64,000 nt of DNA, from the NCBI GenBank assembly GCA_964495555.1, contig CAZBWA010000002.1, positions 11,516 through 75,515 on the forward strand, read 5' to 3'. Below the pieces are notes generated by a model, which ran no database searches, had not been told where the DNA came from, and saw only the letters and a program-made list of their open reading frames with translations. Of the stretch, positions 1-9,713 are shown in pieces. Origin of the DNA: an uncultured Bifidobacteriaceae bacterium (lineage in GTDB: Bacteria; Actinomycetota; Actinomycetes; S36-B12). A program made the translations under genes and the position numbers. Each line of letters opens with the position of its first letter. Position 1 is the stretch's first letter.

Positions 1-1
1 G

Positions 2-1231
2 ATCGCCCGCACGCAGGGTGTCCCGGTCGCCGTCTACGACGATCCGCGCGCATCGCTCGCCGACATCTGCCGCGTCGTCTACGGAGCGAGCGATGGCATC
101 ACACTGCTCGGTGTCACCGGCACGAATGGAAAGACGTCCGTCGCCTTCATGATGGCTGGGGGACTGCGAGCGTCCGGCATCCCCTCCGCACTCATCGGCA
201 CGCTCGGAATCAACATCGGGGAGTCGTGGCGCGCATCGATGCGGACCACGCCGGAAGCCCCGGAACTCCATCGTCTCTTCCGCGAGTGCCGCGACACCGG
301 CATCGATCACGCCGTGATGGAGGTCTCGAGCATCGCGGCGACCGAGTCCCGGGTCCGAGGGCTGACCTTCGCCGTCATGGTCTTCACCAACCTCAGCCAG
401 GACCACCTCGATTACCACGGATCCATGGAGGCGTACTACCAGGCGAAGCGTTCTCTGTTCGATGGGGAGACGGCGCGGCAGGCCGTCGTCTGCGTGGACA
501 CCGAGTGGGGCCTGCGGTTGGCCGAGGAAGTGGACGTGCCGGTGATCACCGTGGCGACCGAGGGCCGGGATGCGGACTGGACCGCCGAGTTCGCGGGTGG
601 CTGGCAGGTCCGGGGGCCGGGATTCCACGAGCGCGGGAACGAGATGCTCCCGGCATTCGTCATCGCGAACCGGCTATGCGCCACAGCGGCACTGCACGCC
701 TGCGGCGTGCCCGCCCACCACGCATGGACCGCAGTCGGCGACGTCGCGGTGCCTGGGCGGATGGAGATGGTCGAACAGATCGGTGGAGTGAACGTCTGGG
801 TCGATTACGCGCATACCCCCGAGGCGGTCGCCCGAGCTCTGCGGGCCCTCCGGGACTCGTCCTCGGGTCGTCTGATCACCGTCGTGGGTGCGGGTGGCGA
901 ACGGGATGCGGACAAGCGTGGAGCCATGGGTCGTAGCGCGGCGGAGTACTCGGACGTGGTCATCGTCACCGACGACAATCCGCGCTCGGAGGATCCTGCG
1001 TCGATCCGGACCGCGGTGATCGACGGGGCGCGGGGGGTCGTCGGCCCACACATCGAGGAGGTGGCCCCGCGTGCGGAGGCCATTCACGCCGCGATCCGTG
1101 CGGGTCGACCGGGCGATGTGGTGGCCATCCTGGGCAAGGGAGCGGAGACCTACCAGGAGATCGGTGGGATCCGGCACCCCTTCGACGACCGCGACATGGT
1201 GCGTCGACTCGCACGGGAGTTACGGACATGA
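2..1231 (+). CDS. murE: UDP-N-acetylmuramoyl-L-alanyl-D-glutamate--2,6-diaminopimelate ligase (5'-partial, continues upstream of the window)
   Basis: Frame 2 is open from the window edge (IARTQGVPVAVYDD...). It carries the Mur-ligase P-loop GVTGTNGKTS and a DNPR motif (VTDDNPRSEDP) typical of meso-DAP-adding MurE. ATGA overlap with the next gene and dcw gene order support the call. Confidence 0.9.
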   Translation: MARTQGVPVAVYDDPRASLADICRVVYGASDGITLLGVTGTNGKTSVAFMMAGGLRASGIPSALIGTLGINIGESWRASMRTTPEAPELHRLFRECRDTGIDHAVMEVSSIAATESRVRGLTFAVMVFTNLSQDHLDYHGSMEAYYQAKRSLFDGETARQAVVCVDTEWGLRLAEEVDVPVITVATEGRDADWTAEFAGGWQVRGPGFHERGNEMLPAFVIANRLCATAALHACGVPAHHAWTAVGDVAVPGRMEMVEQIGGVNVWVDYAHTPEAVARALRALRDSSSGRLITVVGAGGERDADKRGAMGRSAAEYSDVVIVTDDNPRSEDPASIRTAVIDGARGVVGPHIEEVAPRAEAIHAAIRAGRPGDVVAILGKGAETYQEIGGIRHPFDDRDMVRRLARELRT

Positions 1232-2613
1232 CCCCGATCACGCTGGAGGAGTTGGCTCGGGCGGTGAACTGTCCAGTAACGGGGAATACGACCCCGGCGA
1301 TCCGTGGAGTCAGCGTCGACACACGCACGGTCAACCCCGGCGATGCCTTTTTCGCGATGCCCGGTGCACGGGTGGATCCCCACGACCTGATCCCCGATGC
1401 GGTTGCAGCAGGAGCCGTCGTGGTCGTCGCCGAACGCGACGTCCCCGACATCGGGATCCCGGTTCTGCGCGTCACCGATGCGCAGGCGGCGCTGGGTCAG
1501 CTCGGCCACTGGTATTGGCGCGAGCGTCTGGACTGCACGACAGTGGGAATCACGGGGTCCAGCGGTAAGACCACGACCAAGGACCTGATCGCCCAGATCC
1601 TGGAGGCCGCGGGACCGACGGTGTCGCCCCGGGGCTCGTTCAACACCGAAGTGGGGGTGCCGCTCACCATCCTGTCCGCGGACACCGCAACACGATTCCT
1701 CGTCCTCGAAATGGGAATGCGCGGTCTGGGACACATCGAGCACCTGACGCGGATCGCCACCCCCGATGTCGCGGTGGTCACGAACGTGGGGCATGCCCAT
1801 GTGGAGTTGCTGGGCAGCATCGACCAGATCGCCGTGGCCAAGGGTGAACTGGTCGCCGGGCTGAACCCACGTGGAACCGCTGTCTTGAATGCCGATGACC
1901 CGCGCGTGCTCGCCATGCGTGAACGGACGACCGCCTCGATCCTCACCTACGGTCGCGCGGAGGATGCCGACTTGCGCGCGCAGGACATCCGGGTCGCGCG
2001 CTCGTCGGTCGACTTCCACGTCGTGGACCGTCGCGCAGGCGCGGAGTGCACCGTCCACCTGGCCTACGTCGGAGAGCACAACGTCCTCAACGCCCTCGCG
2101 GCCCTGGGTGCGGCGCTGGCATGCGGTGCCTCCCTGGCAGATGCGGCACACGCGCTCGGGAACGCGCGTCCACGCAGCGCGATGCGCATGGAGATGCTGA
2201 CGGCACCGGGTGGCTTCGTCGTGATCAACGACGCCTACAACGCGAATCCCGAGTCGACCAAGGCCGCACTCAGTGCGCTCGCGGCCATGGAGGGACGGAC
2301 CTGGGCGGTCCTCGGTGAGATGCGTGAGTTGGGACCGGAGTCCGCAGTCCTCCATGCCAAGGTCGGCCGCTGGGCCGGGCACGTCGGTATCGACCGACTG
2401 CTGTGTGTGGGGGAGGGGACACGCCCTACCCACGAGGCGGCATCGGCTTCGGGGGTCGAGTCCCTATGGTTGCCGGACGCGGATGACGCCGTCGCGGCCT
2501 TGTCCTCCGAACTCGGGTCCGGTGACGTCGTCCTGGTGAAGGCGTCACGGAGCATCGGACTCGAGAGGATCGTCCAGGCACTCATGGCGCCGACGGGAGG
2601 TGGAGCCGCATGA
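1228..2613 (+). CDS. murF: UDP-N-acetylmuramoyl-tripeptide--D-alanyl-D-alanine ligase
   Basis: 461-aa ORF with the Mur-ligase P-loop GITGSSGKTTTKD. It sits in the dcw position between murE and mraY, with ATGA overlaps at both ends. Confidence 0.93.
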   Translation: MTPITLEELARAVNCPVTGNTTPAIRGVSVDTRTVNPGDAFFAMPGARVDPHDLIPDAVAAGAVVVVAERDVPDIGIPVLRVTDAQAALGQLGHWYWRERLDCTTVGITGSSGKTTTKDLIAQILEAAGPTVSPRGSFNTEVGVPLTILSADTATRFLVLEMGMRGLGHIEHLTRIATPDVAVVTNVGHAHVELLGSIDQIAVAKGELVAGLNPRGTAVLNADDPRVLAMRERTTASILTYGRAEDADLRAQDIRVARSSVDFHVVDRRAGAECTVHLAYVGEHNVLNALAALGAALACGASLADAAHALGNARPRSAMRMEMLTAPGGFVVINDAYNANPESTKAALSALAAMEGRTWAVLGEMRELGPESAVLHAKVGRWAGHVGIDRLLCVGEGTRPTHEAASASGVESLWLPDADDAVAALSSELGSGDVVLVKASRSIGLERIVQALMAPTGGGAA

Positions 2614-3677
2614 GACTCGTGGTGATCGCCATGACGATCTCGACGCTCATCTCGCTTTTCGGAACGCCCGTGCTCATTCGGATCCTCGCCCGTCACGGCT
2701 ACGCGCAGGCGATCCGGACATCGACGGAAACCGAGCTGTACCCCGCGCACGAAGGAAAGCGTGGAACACCCTCGATGGGTGGCGTGGCGATCCTCATCGC
2801 CGTGGTGGCCGGCTACTTCCTCACCCACCTCCTGACCATGCGTCCCCTGGCGATGTCCGGCGTGCTCGTCATCTTCCTCATGGTCGGGCTCGGTGTGGTG
2901 GGGTTCGCCGATGACTACCTGAAGATCTTCAAGCAGCGCAGCACCGGGTTGCGGGCGCGCACGAAACTCATCGGTCAGGCAGTCGTGGCACTGACATTCG
3001 CGTTCCTCTCCGTCCAATTCCCGGACGCGGACGGGCAGACGGCCGCGTCGATGGCGATCTCCTTCGTGCGCGACACCCCCCTCGTGCTCCCGCTCGGTCT
3101 GTTCCTCGTCTGGGTGTGGTTCCTCGTGACGGCCACGACCAACGGTGTGAACCTCACCGACGGGCTCGACGGACTCGCGGTGGGCGCCTCGGTCATGAGC
3201 TTCCTGGCCTACGTGCTCCTGAGCATCTGGCAGTACGGACAGAACTGCGCCTTCGAGGTCACGCCCTTCTGTTACAGCACCCAGAATCCGTTGGACCTGG
3301 CCATCGTCGCGGCATCCGCGGCGGGGGCGAGTTTCGGATTCCTCTGGTGGAACACGGCACCGGCGCGGATCTTCATGGGCGATACCGGTTCCCTGGCCCT
3401 GGGCGGCGGCATCGCGGGCTTGGCCATCATGACCCGCACGGAACTCCTGCTGCCCCTCCTCGCCGGGCTCTTCCTGATCATCACCGTGTCCGTGATCCTG
3501 CAGGTCGGTTCGTTCAAGTTGACCGGCCGCCGCGTCTTCCGGATGGCACCCCTCCATCACCATTTCGAGATGCGCGGGTGGCCGGAGATCCAGATCGTCG
3601 TGCGTTTCTGGATCATCCAAGGCGTGTGTATCGGTGCGGGCCTGGGCATCTTCTACGCCGAGTGGGTTCGCGCGTGA
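2610..3677 (+). CDS. mraY: phospho-N-acetylmuramoyl-pentapeptide transferase
   Basis: 355-aa polytopic membrane ORF with MraY signatures (NGVNLTDGLDGLA, FMGDTGSLALGG, APLHHHFE). dcw order supports it. Confidence 0.95.
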   Translation: MRLVVIAMTISTLISLFGTPVLIRILARHGYAQAIRTSTETELYPAHEGKRGTPSMGGVAILIAVVAGYFLTHLLTMRPLAMSGVLVIFLMVGLGVVGFADDYLKIFKQRSTGLRARTKLIGQAVVALTFAFLSVQFPDADGQTAASMAISFVRDTPLVLPLGLFLVWVWFLVTATTNGVNLTDGLDGLAVGASVMSFLAYVLLSIWQYGQNCAFEVTPFCYSTQNPLDLAIVAASAAGASFGFLWWNTAPARIFMGDTGSLALGGGIAGLAIMTRTELLLPLLAGLFLIITVSVILQVGSFKLTGRRVFRMAPLHHHFEMRGWPEIQIVVRFWIIQGVCIGAGLGIFYAEWVRA

Positions 3678-5119
3678 CCGGAGTCGACGGCGCCACCCGG
3701 GCGTCCGCGTGGGACCAGTGGCAGGTCTGCGTCGTGGGCCTCGGTGTCGCCGGCTACGCGGCGGCGGATGCGCTCATGCAAGTGGGAGCGTCCGTGCGTG
3801 TCCTCGACTCCTCGGACTCGGCTGCCGTCCGCGCGAAGGGTGACGTGCTGGCCACGCTCGGCGCCGACGTGCGCACGGGTCTCGACGGACGGCTGGGATC
3901 GGCCCTGGACGGCTGCGACCTCATGGTCGTGTCGCCCGGCCTGCCTCCTCAGCACGCGTGGATCACCGAATGCCTGGAACGGTCCATCCCCGTCTGGGGC
4001 GAGCTCGAGTTGGCCTGGCGCCTCCGGCCGAGCGTCGATCCCGCGCCGTGGCTGTGCGTGACCGGCACAAACGGGAAGACCACGGCCACCCTGATGTTGG
4101 ATTCGATGCTGCGCGCGGGAGGGCATGCCTCCGTGGCCGCCGGCAACATCGGGACATCCCTCGTCGACGTCGTGATGCATGACAGTCCCGATGTGATCGC
4201 CGTCGAAGTCGGCGCCCCACAACTTCCCTTCGTCACCTCGATGAGTCCGCTGGCGTCCGTATGCATCAACATCGCGCCGGATCACATCGATCATTTCGGG
4301 AGTTTCGACTCCTACTGGAGTGCGAAAGCCCGCGTGTACCACCTGACGCAAGCGGCCGCAGTCTTCAACGCCGACGAACCCGATACGCGCGCGATGGTGG
4401 AGGACGCAGATGTCATCGACGGGTGCCGGGGAATCGGGATCACCCTCTCCACGCCGGCCATCGGCATGCTCGGAGTCGTCGACGGGCTTCTCGTCGATCG
4501 GGCGTTCATCGACGATCGACGCGAGCGAGCCCAGGAGTTGGCCTCGGTCGCCGACGTCCAGCCGGCTGCGCCCCACAACGTCGTGAACGCGCTCGCGGCC
4601 GCTGCGCTGGCGCGCGCCTTCGGGGTCGCCCCCGCCGCCGTACGCGATGGGCTCCGGAACTTCGTCCCCGCCCACCATCGGATCAGCGACGTAGGGACGG
4701 TCGCAGGGGTCCGCTTCGTGGACGACAGCAAGGCCACGAACGCCCACGCGGCACTCGCCTCCGTGGCCGCCTACCCCTCGGTCGTCTGGATCGCCGGTGG
4801 TCTGGCGAAGGGTCAGGACTTCGACGACCTGGTGCAGCGGATCGCACCGCGCCTGCGCGGGGTCGTCCTCCTCGGACGGGATCGCGCCGTGATCGCCGAG
4901 GCCCTGAGCCGACACGCGCCCGAGGTCCCCGTCGTGGAGGTGGATCGCACGGACACTGGTGTCATGGAGACCGTGGTCGACCTGGCGCTGCAGCATGCCC
5001 AGGCGGGGGACACCGTGCTCCTGGCCCCGGGCTGCGCCTCGTGGGACATGTTCCGCGACTACGCGCAGCGTGGCGAGCTCTTCGCGGCGGCGGCCCGCGG
5101 GCGCGGGGCCACGACGTGA
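3674..5119 (+). CDS. murD: UDP-N-acetylmuramoylalanine--D-glutamate ligase
   Basis: The GTG at 3674 overlaps the mraY stop (GTGA). N-terminal Rossmann fold VVGLGVAGYAAA and P-loop VTGTNGKTTAT are present. The longer ORF 3116..5119 is only an in-frame upstream run without stops. Confidence 0.92.
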   Translation: MTGVDGATRASAWDQWQVCVVGLGVAGYAAADALMQVGASVRVLDSSDSAAVRAKGDVLATLGADVRTGLDGRLGSALDGCDLMVVSPGLPPQHAWITECLERSIPVWGELELAWRLRPSVDPAPWLCVTGTNGKTTATLMLDSMLRAGGHASVAAGNIGTSLVDVVMHDSPDVIAVEVGAPQLPFVTSMSPLASVCINIAPDHIDHFGSFDSYWSAKARVYHLTQAAAVFNADEPDTRAMVEDADVIDGCRGIGITLSTPAIGMLGVVDGLLVDRAFIDDRRERAQELASVADVQPAAPHNVVNALAAAALARAFGVAPAAVRDGLRNFVPAHHRISDVGTVAGVRFVDDSKATNAHAALASVAAYPSVVWIAGGLAKGQDFDDLVQRIAPRLRGVVLLGRDRAVIAEALSRHAPEVPVVEVDRTDTGVMETVVDLALQHAQAGDTVLLAPGCASWDMFRDYAQRGELFAAAARGRGATT

Positions 5120-6315
5120 GCGTCGCCCCGCCGACCTCCTCCACGGCCCTCTTTCGACTCGGGACCTGGCTGCGACACCCGCTCAGCACCTATTACCTGA
5201 TCATCGGCACCGCGGTCCTGCTGCTCGGGCTGGGGCTGGTCATGGTGCTTTCCGCGTCCAGCATCGAGAGCGTCCGCGTCTTCGGCTCTCCCTACACCCT
5301 GGTCCAGCGCCAGGCGCTCTTCGCCGTCGCCGGCGTGATCGCGATGTACTTCGCCGCGAGGACCTCCATCGAGTTCTGGCGTGCCTTCGCCTGGCCCCTG
5401 TTGCTGGTATCCGTCGCCCTGCTGATCCTCGTGCTCTTCATCGGCGTCGAAGTCGCCGGGCAGCGCAACTGGATCGACATCATCGGTCCCTTCCGACTGC
5501 AACCCAGTGAGTTCGCGAAATTGGCCCTGGTCGTCTGGGGTGCGGATGTGCTCACGCGACGTCGCGATGCGGTCCCGACGTGGAACACGCTCCTCGTTCC
5601 GCTCGTCCCCGTGGCCGGCATCATGATGATCCTGGTCCTCCTCGAGGGCGACTTCGGGAACACGGTCATGCTCGCGGCGATCATGGCCGGAATGCTCTTC
5701 GCCGCGGGGGTCCCACTGAGGTTCTTCGCTGCTCTGGGCGCGATCGGTGCGGTGGGCATCTTCCTGTTGACACTCGCTGCCCCCTACCGCATGGAGCGGT
5801 TCACATCCTGGCTGGATCCGTCGGCCGATCGGCTGGGCTACGGATGGCAGATCACGCAGGGCCAGTACGCCCTCGGGACGGGGGGATGGTGGGGCGTCGG
5901 ACTCGGCGCGAGCCGCGAGAAGTGGGGATCGCTCCCGGAAGCGCACACCGATTTCATCTTCCCCGTCATCGGTGAGGAACTGGGATTGGTGGGGACCCTC
6001 TCGGTGCTCCTGCTGTTCGGGCTCCTCGCGTTCGCGATCTTCCGGTTGAGTCGCACAACGCAGGATCCCTTCGTGCGTATGGCGTCCGCCGGCGTGGGCG
6101 CCTGGATCGTGATCCAGGCCGTGGTCAATATCGGCGGGGTCCTGGGTCTCATGCCGATCACGGGCGTGCCTCTCCCGCTGGTGTCCTACGGCGGGTCATC
6201 GTTGGTTCCGACGCTGACGGCCTTGGGCATGGTGCTGGCCTTCGCGCGTAACGAGCCGGGTGCCCGTCGGGCCCTCCGCCGTCGATCCACTGCCGAAGCC
6301 ATGCGGAAGAGGTGA
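5116..6315 (+). CDS. ftsW: SEDS-family peptidoglycan glycosyltransferase / cell division protein FtsW
   Basis: The GTG at 5116 overlaps the murD stop (GTGA). It is a multi-TM FtsW/RodA/SpoVE-type protein (PSEFAKL, TDFIFPVIGEELG, PLPLVSYGGSS) in dcw order. Confidence 0.9.
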   Translation: MSVAPPTSSTALFRLGTWLRHPLSTYYLIIGTAVLLLGLGLVMVLSASSIESVRVFGSPYTLVQRQALFAVAGVIAMYFAARTSIEFWRAFAWPLLLVSVALLILVLFIGVEVAGQRNWIDIIGPFRLQPSEFAKLALVVWGADVLTRRRDAVPTWNTLLVPLVPVAGIMMILVLLEGDFGNTVMLAAIMAGMLFAAGVPLRFFAALGAIGAVGIFLLTLAAPYRMERFTSWLDPSADRLGYGWQITQGQYALGTGGWWGVGLGASREKWGSLPEAHTDFIFPVIGEELGLVGTLSVLLLFGLLAFAIFRLSRTTQDPFVRMASAGVGAWIVIQAVVNIGGVLGLMPITGVPLPLVSYGGSSLVPTLTALGMVLAFARNEPGARRALRRRSTAEAMRKR

Positions 6316-6324
6316 CGTGAGCGC

Positions 6325-7395
6325 GTGCACGTCGTCATGGCTGCAGGTGGGACTGCGGGACACATCGAACCTGCCGTGAACACCGCCGACACGTTGCGGC
6401 GACTCCGGCCCGATGCGACGGTCACCTTCCTCGGATCCGATCGCGGACTGGAGAACTCCCTCGTCCCGGCGCGGGGGTACCCGTTGGTGACGGTCCCATC
6501 CGTCCCGATGCCACGAGGACTCGATGCGCGTGCCGTACGCGTCCCCGGTGCACTGGTCGCCTCCGTGCGCGCCTCCCGGCGCGCGTTGCGGGAGCTCCGC
6601 GCCGATGTCGTCGTCGGGTTCGGCGGATACGTCGCGGGACCGGCCTACCTGGCCGCGCGTGCGGAGGGGATTCCACTGATCGTGCACGAGGCCAATGCAC
6701 GTCCAGGATGGGCCAATCGCCTGGGTGCGCGGCTCACCCCGCACGTCGCAGCGGTGCGCGCGGGAGATCTACCGCATGCGCGGGCGGTCGGCATGCCTGT
6801 GCGCGGCTCGATCCGCGATCTCGACCGGGCCGCGATGGCCGCCGAGGCCCGTCGCGAGTTGGGCCTGGAGGGACCGACGCTGCTCGTCTTCGGCGGCAGT
6901 CAGGGTGCACGGCGCCTGAACGAACTCGTCGCCGCCTGCCTCGACGATTGGCAGGGCGCGGGCATCGATGTGATCCATGTCTACGGAGCGGCGAACGTCG
7001 CACCGACGCCGCGCCCGGGCTACGTCCCGATCCCGTTCTCCGACCGCATGGATCTCTTGTATGCCGCAGCGGACCTGGTGGTCTGCCGCGCTGGCGCGAT
7101 GACTTGTGCGGAGGTGGCCACGGTGGGCCTCCCCGCGATCTACATCCCGCTGCCCGTCGGGAACGGGGAGCAGGAGCTCAACGCGCTCCCGGTCGTGCGG
7201 GATGGTGGTGGAGTGCTGATCCGCGATCAGGATGTGACCGTGCCCTGGCTCGTGGACCAGGTGGTGACGCTCATGGGCGATGAGCCTCGGCGCGCGGAGA
7301 TGGGTCGCGCGGCGAGTGCCCACGGGTCGCGCAACGCCGATGAGGTCATGGCGCGCTGGATCATCGATGTGGCCGAGGAGAGCGGGGTGTCATGA
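6325..7395 (+). CDS. murG: UDP-N-acetylglucosamine--N-acetylmuramyl-(pentapeptide) pyrophosphoryl-undecaprenol GlcNAc transferase
   Basis: 356-aa ORF with the N-terminal AAGGTAGHIEPA motif and a C-terminal GT28 domain (CRAGAMTCAE). dcw order supports it. Confidence 0.93.
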   Translation: MHVVMAAGGTAGHIEPAVNTADTLRRLRPDATVTFLGSDRGLENSLVPARGYPLVTVPSVPMPRGLDARAVRVPGALVASVRASRRALRELRADVVVGFGGYVAGPAYLAARAEGIPLIVHEANARPGWANRLGARLTPHVAAVRAGDLPHARAVGMPVRGSIRDLDRAAMAAEARRELGLEGPTLLVFGGSQGARRLNELVAACLDDWQGAGIDVIHVYGAANVAPTPRPGYVPIPFSDRMDLLYAAADLVVCRAGAMTCAEVATVGLPAIYIPLPVGNGEQELNALPVVRDGGGVLIRDQDVTVPWLVDQVVTLMGDEPRRAEMGRAASAHGSRNADEVMARWIIDVAEESGVS

Positions 7396-8795
7396 CCGAT
7401 CCCCTCGATTTCGGTCGCACCCACATCATGGGCCTCGGTGGCGCGGGGATGTCGGGCATCGGTCGCATCCTCGTCGCCCGCGGCGTCGAGGTCACCGGAT
7501 GCGATGCGAAGGACTCTCGTCGCCTGAGCGCCCTGCGCGCCCTCGGAGTCGGTGCGTCCGTCGGTCACGATCCTGCGCACCTCGAAGGCATCGACACCGT
7601 GATCCTCTCGACCGCCATCCCCACCGGGCATCCCGAGGTGGAGCACGCTCGCGCATCCGGGCTCCGGGTGCTGTCACGCGCGGAGGCGCTCGCAGCACTC
7701 GTGGCCGGATATCGCGGGGTCGCCGTCGCGGGCACCCATGGCAAGACCACGACCACGTCGATGATCACGGTGATCCTGCAGCACTGCGGCCTGGACCCTA
7801 CGTTCGTCATCGGAAGCGAGCTGAACGAGACGGGGGCGAATGCGCATCAGGGAAGCGGCGTGCACTTCGTCGTCGAGGCCGATGAGAGCGACGGCTCCTT
7901 TCTCGCCCTGCCCGCGCAGGCCGGGATCATCACCAATGTCGAACCCGACCATCTGAATCATTGGGGGACGTTCGAGGCGTTGGAGTCCGCTTTCGACGAG
8001 TTCGTCACGGGCATATGCGATCGGGACGGGTTCGTCGTCGTCTGCGTCGACGATCCTGGGGGGCGTCGATTGGCCGACCGCGCTCTGGCACGTGGCATGG
8101 ATGTCCGGACCTACGGAGCGGATCCGGGTGCCGACGTCCGCATGGTCGACCCCGTGGTCGGGGAGGCCGGCTGGAGCTTCGATGCCGTGCAGGACGGCGT
8201 GCGTCTGGGCCGGGTGACGCTGTCGGTTCCCGGACGGCACAACGCCTTGAATGCGCTGGGTGCGATCGCGGTATGTCGCGGCCTGGGGTGCGCCACGGGG
8301 GATGTGATCGACGGCCTCGCGACCTTCTCCGGCACGCGTCGACGGTTCGACTACCGGGGATCGGCAGGCGGAGTGCGGGTCTACGACGACTACGCCCACC
8401 ATCCCACCGAGATCACCGCGACCCTGCGTGCGGCGCGCGAGGTCGTCGGCGAGGGCCGCATCATCGTCGCGTTTCAGGCGCACCACTACTACCGCACGGC
8501 CCTCTTCGTCCGCGAATTCGGTGAGGCGCTGGGTCTGGCCGATGTGGTCGTGGTCCTCGAGGTCTTCGCCCCGGGGGAGACGCCGATCCCGGGGGCCAGT
8601 GGGCAGACCATGGCCACCCATGTCCCCCTCGATCCCGCCGACGTCATCTTCGAGCCGTCCTGGTCGTCCGTGACCGAGCACCTGGTCGCCCGAGCCCGTC
8701 CCGGCGACATCGTCATGACGCTGGGCGCGGGTGACATCGGGATGCTCGCCGTGGAGGTGCTGGACCGTCTCCGTGCAGTGGATGGAACAGCGTGA
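7392..8795 (+). CDS. murC: UDP-N-acetylmuramate--L-alanine ligase
   Basis: 467-aa ORF with GLGGAGMSGI and P-loop AGTHGKTTTTSM. ATGA overlap with murG. Confidence 0.93.
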   Translation: MTDPLDFGRTHIMGLGGAGMSGIGRILVARGVEVTGCDAKDSRRLSALRALGVGASVGHDPAHLEGIDTVILSTAIPTGHPEVEHARASGLRVLSRAEALAALVAGYRGVAVAGTHGKTTTTSMITVILQHCGLDPTFVIGSELNETGANAHQGSGVHFVVEADESDGSFLALPAQAGIITNVEPDHLNHWGTFEALESAFDEFVTGICDRDGFVVVCVDDPGGRRLADRALARGMDVRTYGADPGADVRMVDPVVGEAGWSFDAVQDGVRLGRVTLSVPGRHNALNALGAIAVCRGLGCATGDVIDGLATFSGTRRRFDYRGSAGGVRVYDDYAHHPTEITATLRAAREVVGEGRIIVAFQAHHYYRTALFVREFGEALGLADVVVVLEVFAPGETPIPGASGQTMATHVPLDPADVIFEPSWSSVTEHLVARARPGDIVMTLGAGDIGMLAVEVLDRLRAVDGTA

Positions 8796-9502
8796 CGCGA
8801 CGTCGGATCGTCACCCTCGGAGTTCTCGCGCTGGTCGTTCTGGCCGCGGCGGGCGCGGTCTATGCGGTGTGGTTCTCGACGCTATTGAATGTCGATCGTG
8901 TCCGAGTGATCGGCGCGGCCACGGCGCACGAGTCCGAGGTTGTTACAGCCGCCACGATCCCCGTCGGAGCTCCGATCGCACGGATCGATGTCGCCTCGGT
9001 GGCCCAGCGCGTCTCGGCGATCCCGTGGGTGAAGTCCGTGGACGTGCGTCGCGGGTGGCCCAGCGAGATCGTCATCGCCGTCACCGAGCGCGAGGCGGTG
9101 GCGCGGAAACCGAGTCCCGATGGTGCGCAGGGTGTCGATGCCGAGGGAGTGGTGTTTGCGACCCAGACCGAGCTGCCCTCGGATCTCGTCGTGGTGACCG
9201 CGGAGGGCCCCGCACTCGTGGCCAGCGTGCAGGTGCTGCAGGCGCTTCCGACGGAGATCAAGGATCGCGTTACGCGCATCGCGGCGACCACGCGTGACGA
9301 CGTGCGACTGCACTTGAAGTCAGGATCCATCGTGCGCTGGGGGAGTGCGCAGGAGCCGGAGTTCAAAGCACAGGTACTGCTGGCACTGCTCCCACGTCGG
9401 GCGCGGGTCTACGACGTCAGTGCGCCCCAGCTGCCCACCACGTTGCAGGAGAACCCCAAGAAGCGCGGATCGGCGACCCCGCAGCCTTCGACCTCTCCTT
9501 GA
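8792..9502 (+). CDS. ftsQ: cell division protein FtsQ (POTRA domain, single N-terminal TM)
   Basis: The GTG overlaps the murC stop (GTGA). It has an N-terminal TM helix followed by a POTRA-like region, and sits immediately upstream of ftsZ. Confidence 0.8.
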   Translation: MTRRRIVTLGVLALVVLAAAGAVYAVWFSTLLNVDRVRVIGAATAHESEVVTAATIPVGAPIARIDVASVAQRVSAIPWVKSVDVRRGWPSEIVIAVTEREAVARKPSPDGAQGVDAEGVVFATQTELPSDLVVVTAEGPALVASVQVLQALPTEIKDRVTRIAATTRDDVRLHLKSGSIVRWGSAQEPEFKAQVLLALLPRRARVYDVSAPQLPTTLQENPKKRGSATPQPSTSP

Positions 9503-9713
9503 GAGTTGTCCGCATTTTTCGGCTGACTCACGGGGAATTCGCACATTTTCTGCGATTGGGAGCCCCCTCGCCTTGCGCTCCGGAGGGGTGAGCCCCTACC
9601 CTCCCGCCGGCTCGGACCGGCACTTTTCTCAGCCTCGACTTGAGGTTGAGACTCCGGGCCACCGGAGTCGTCGGGCCCCCTCCCGTCGACGCGAACGAAA
9701 GGACGAGCGCACC
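9503..9713 (+). promoter_or_regulatory. ftsQ-ftsZ intergenic region (ftsZ promoter / 5'-UTR region; individual promoters not resolved)
   Basis: This is the longest non-coding gap in the window (211 bp). It is locally less GC-rich (cattttt, cacattttctgcgatt) and ends in the RBS gaaaggacgag before the ftsZ GTG. Confidence 0.4.

Noticed and set aside
1150-3620. Long antisense ORFs opposite murF and mraY (1150..2433, 2235..3620). Similar ones lie opposite ftsZ (9528..10901), gltB (41010..43349), carB (51237..53054), pyrD/F (54327..56075) and metK/priA (58414..60060).
   Set aside because: These are typical high-GC artefacts: stop codons are rare in the antisense frames of GC3-rich genes. The translations are Arg/Gly/Pro/His-rich low-complexity sequence with no recognisable motifs. 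Each lies fully opposite a confidently identified gene.
3116-3673. In-frame upstream extensions of real genes in the ORF track. Examples are 3116.. for murD, 4261.. for ftsW, 9345.. for ftsZ, 30146.. for trpE, 35521.. for trpB, 48314.. for carA, 52415.. for pyrK and 55679.. for gmk.
   Set aside because: The extensions overlap the preceding conserved gene in another frame and encode Arg/Pro-rich sequence. Family-typical N-termini and ATGA/GTGA junctions or SDs mark the true starts.
9639-9651. Imperfect inverted repeat cctcgacttgagg in the ftsZ upstream spacer
   Set aside because: It has only a 4-5 bp stem with a mismatch and is not distinguishable from chance.
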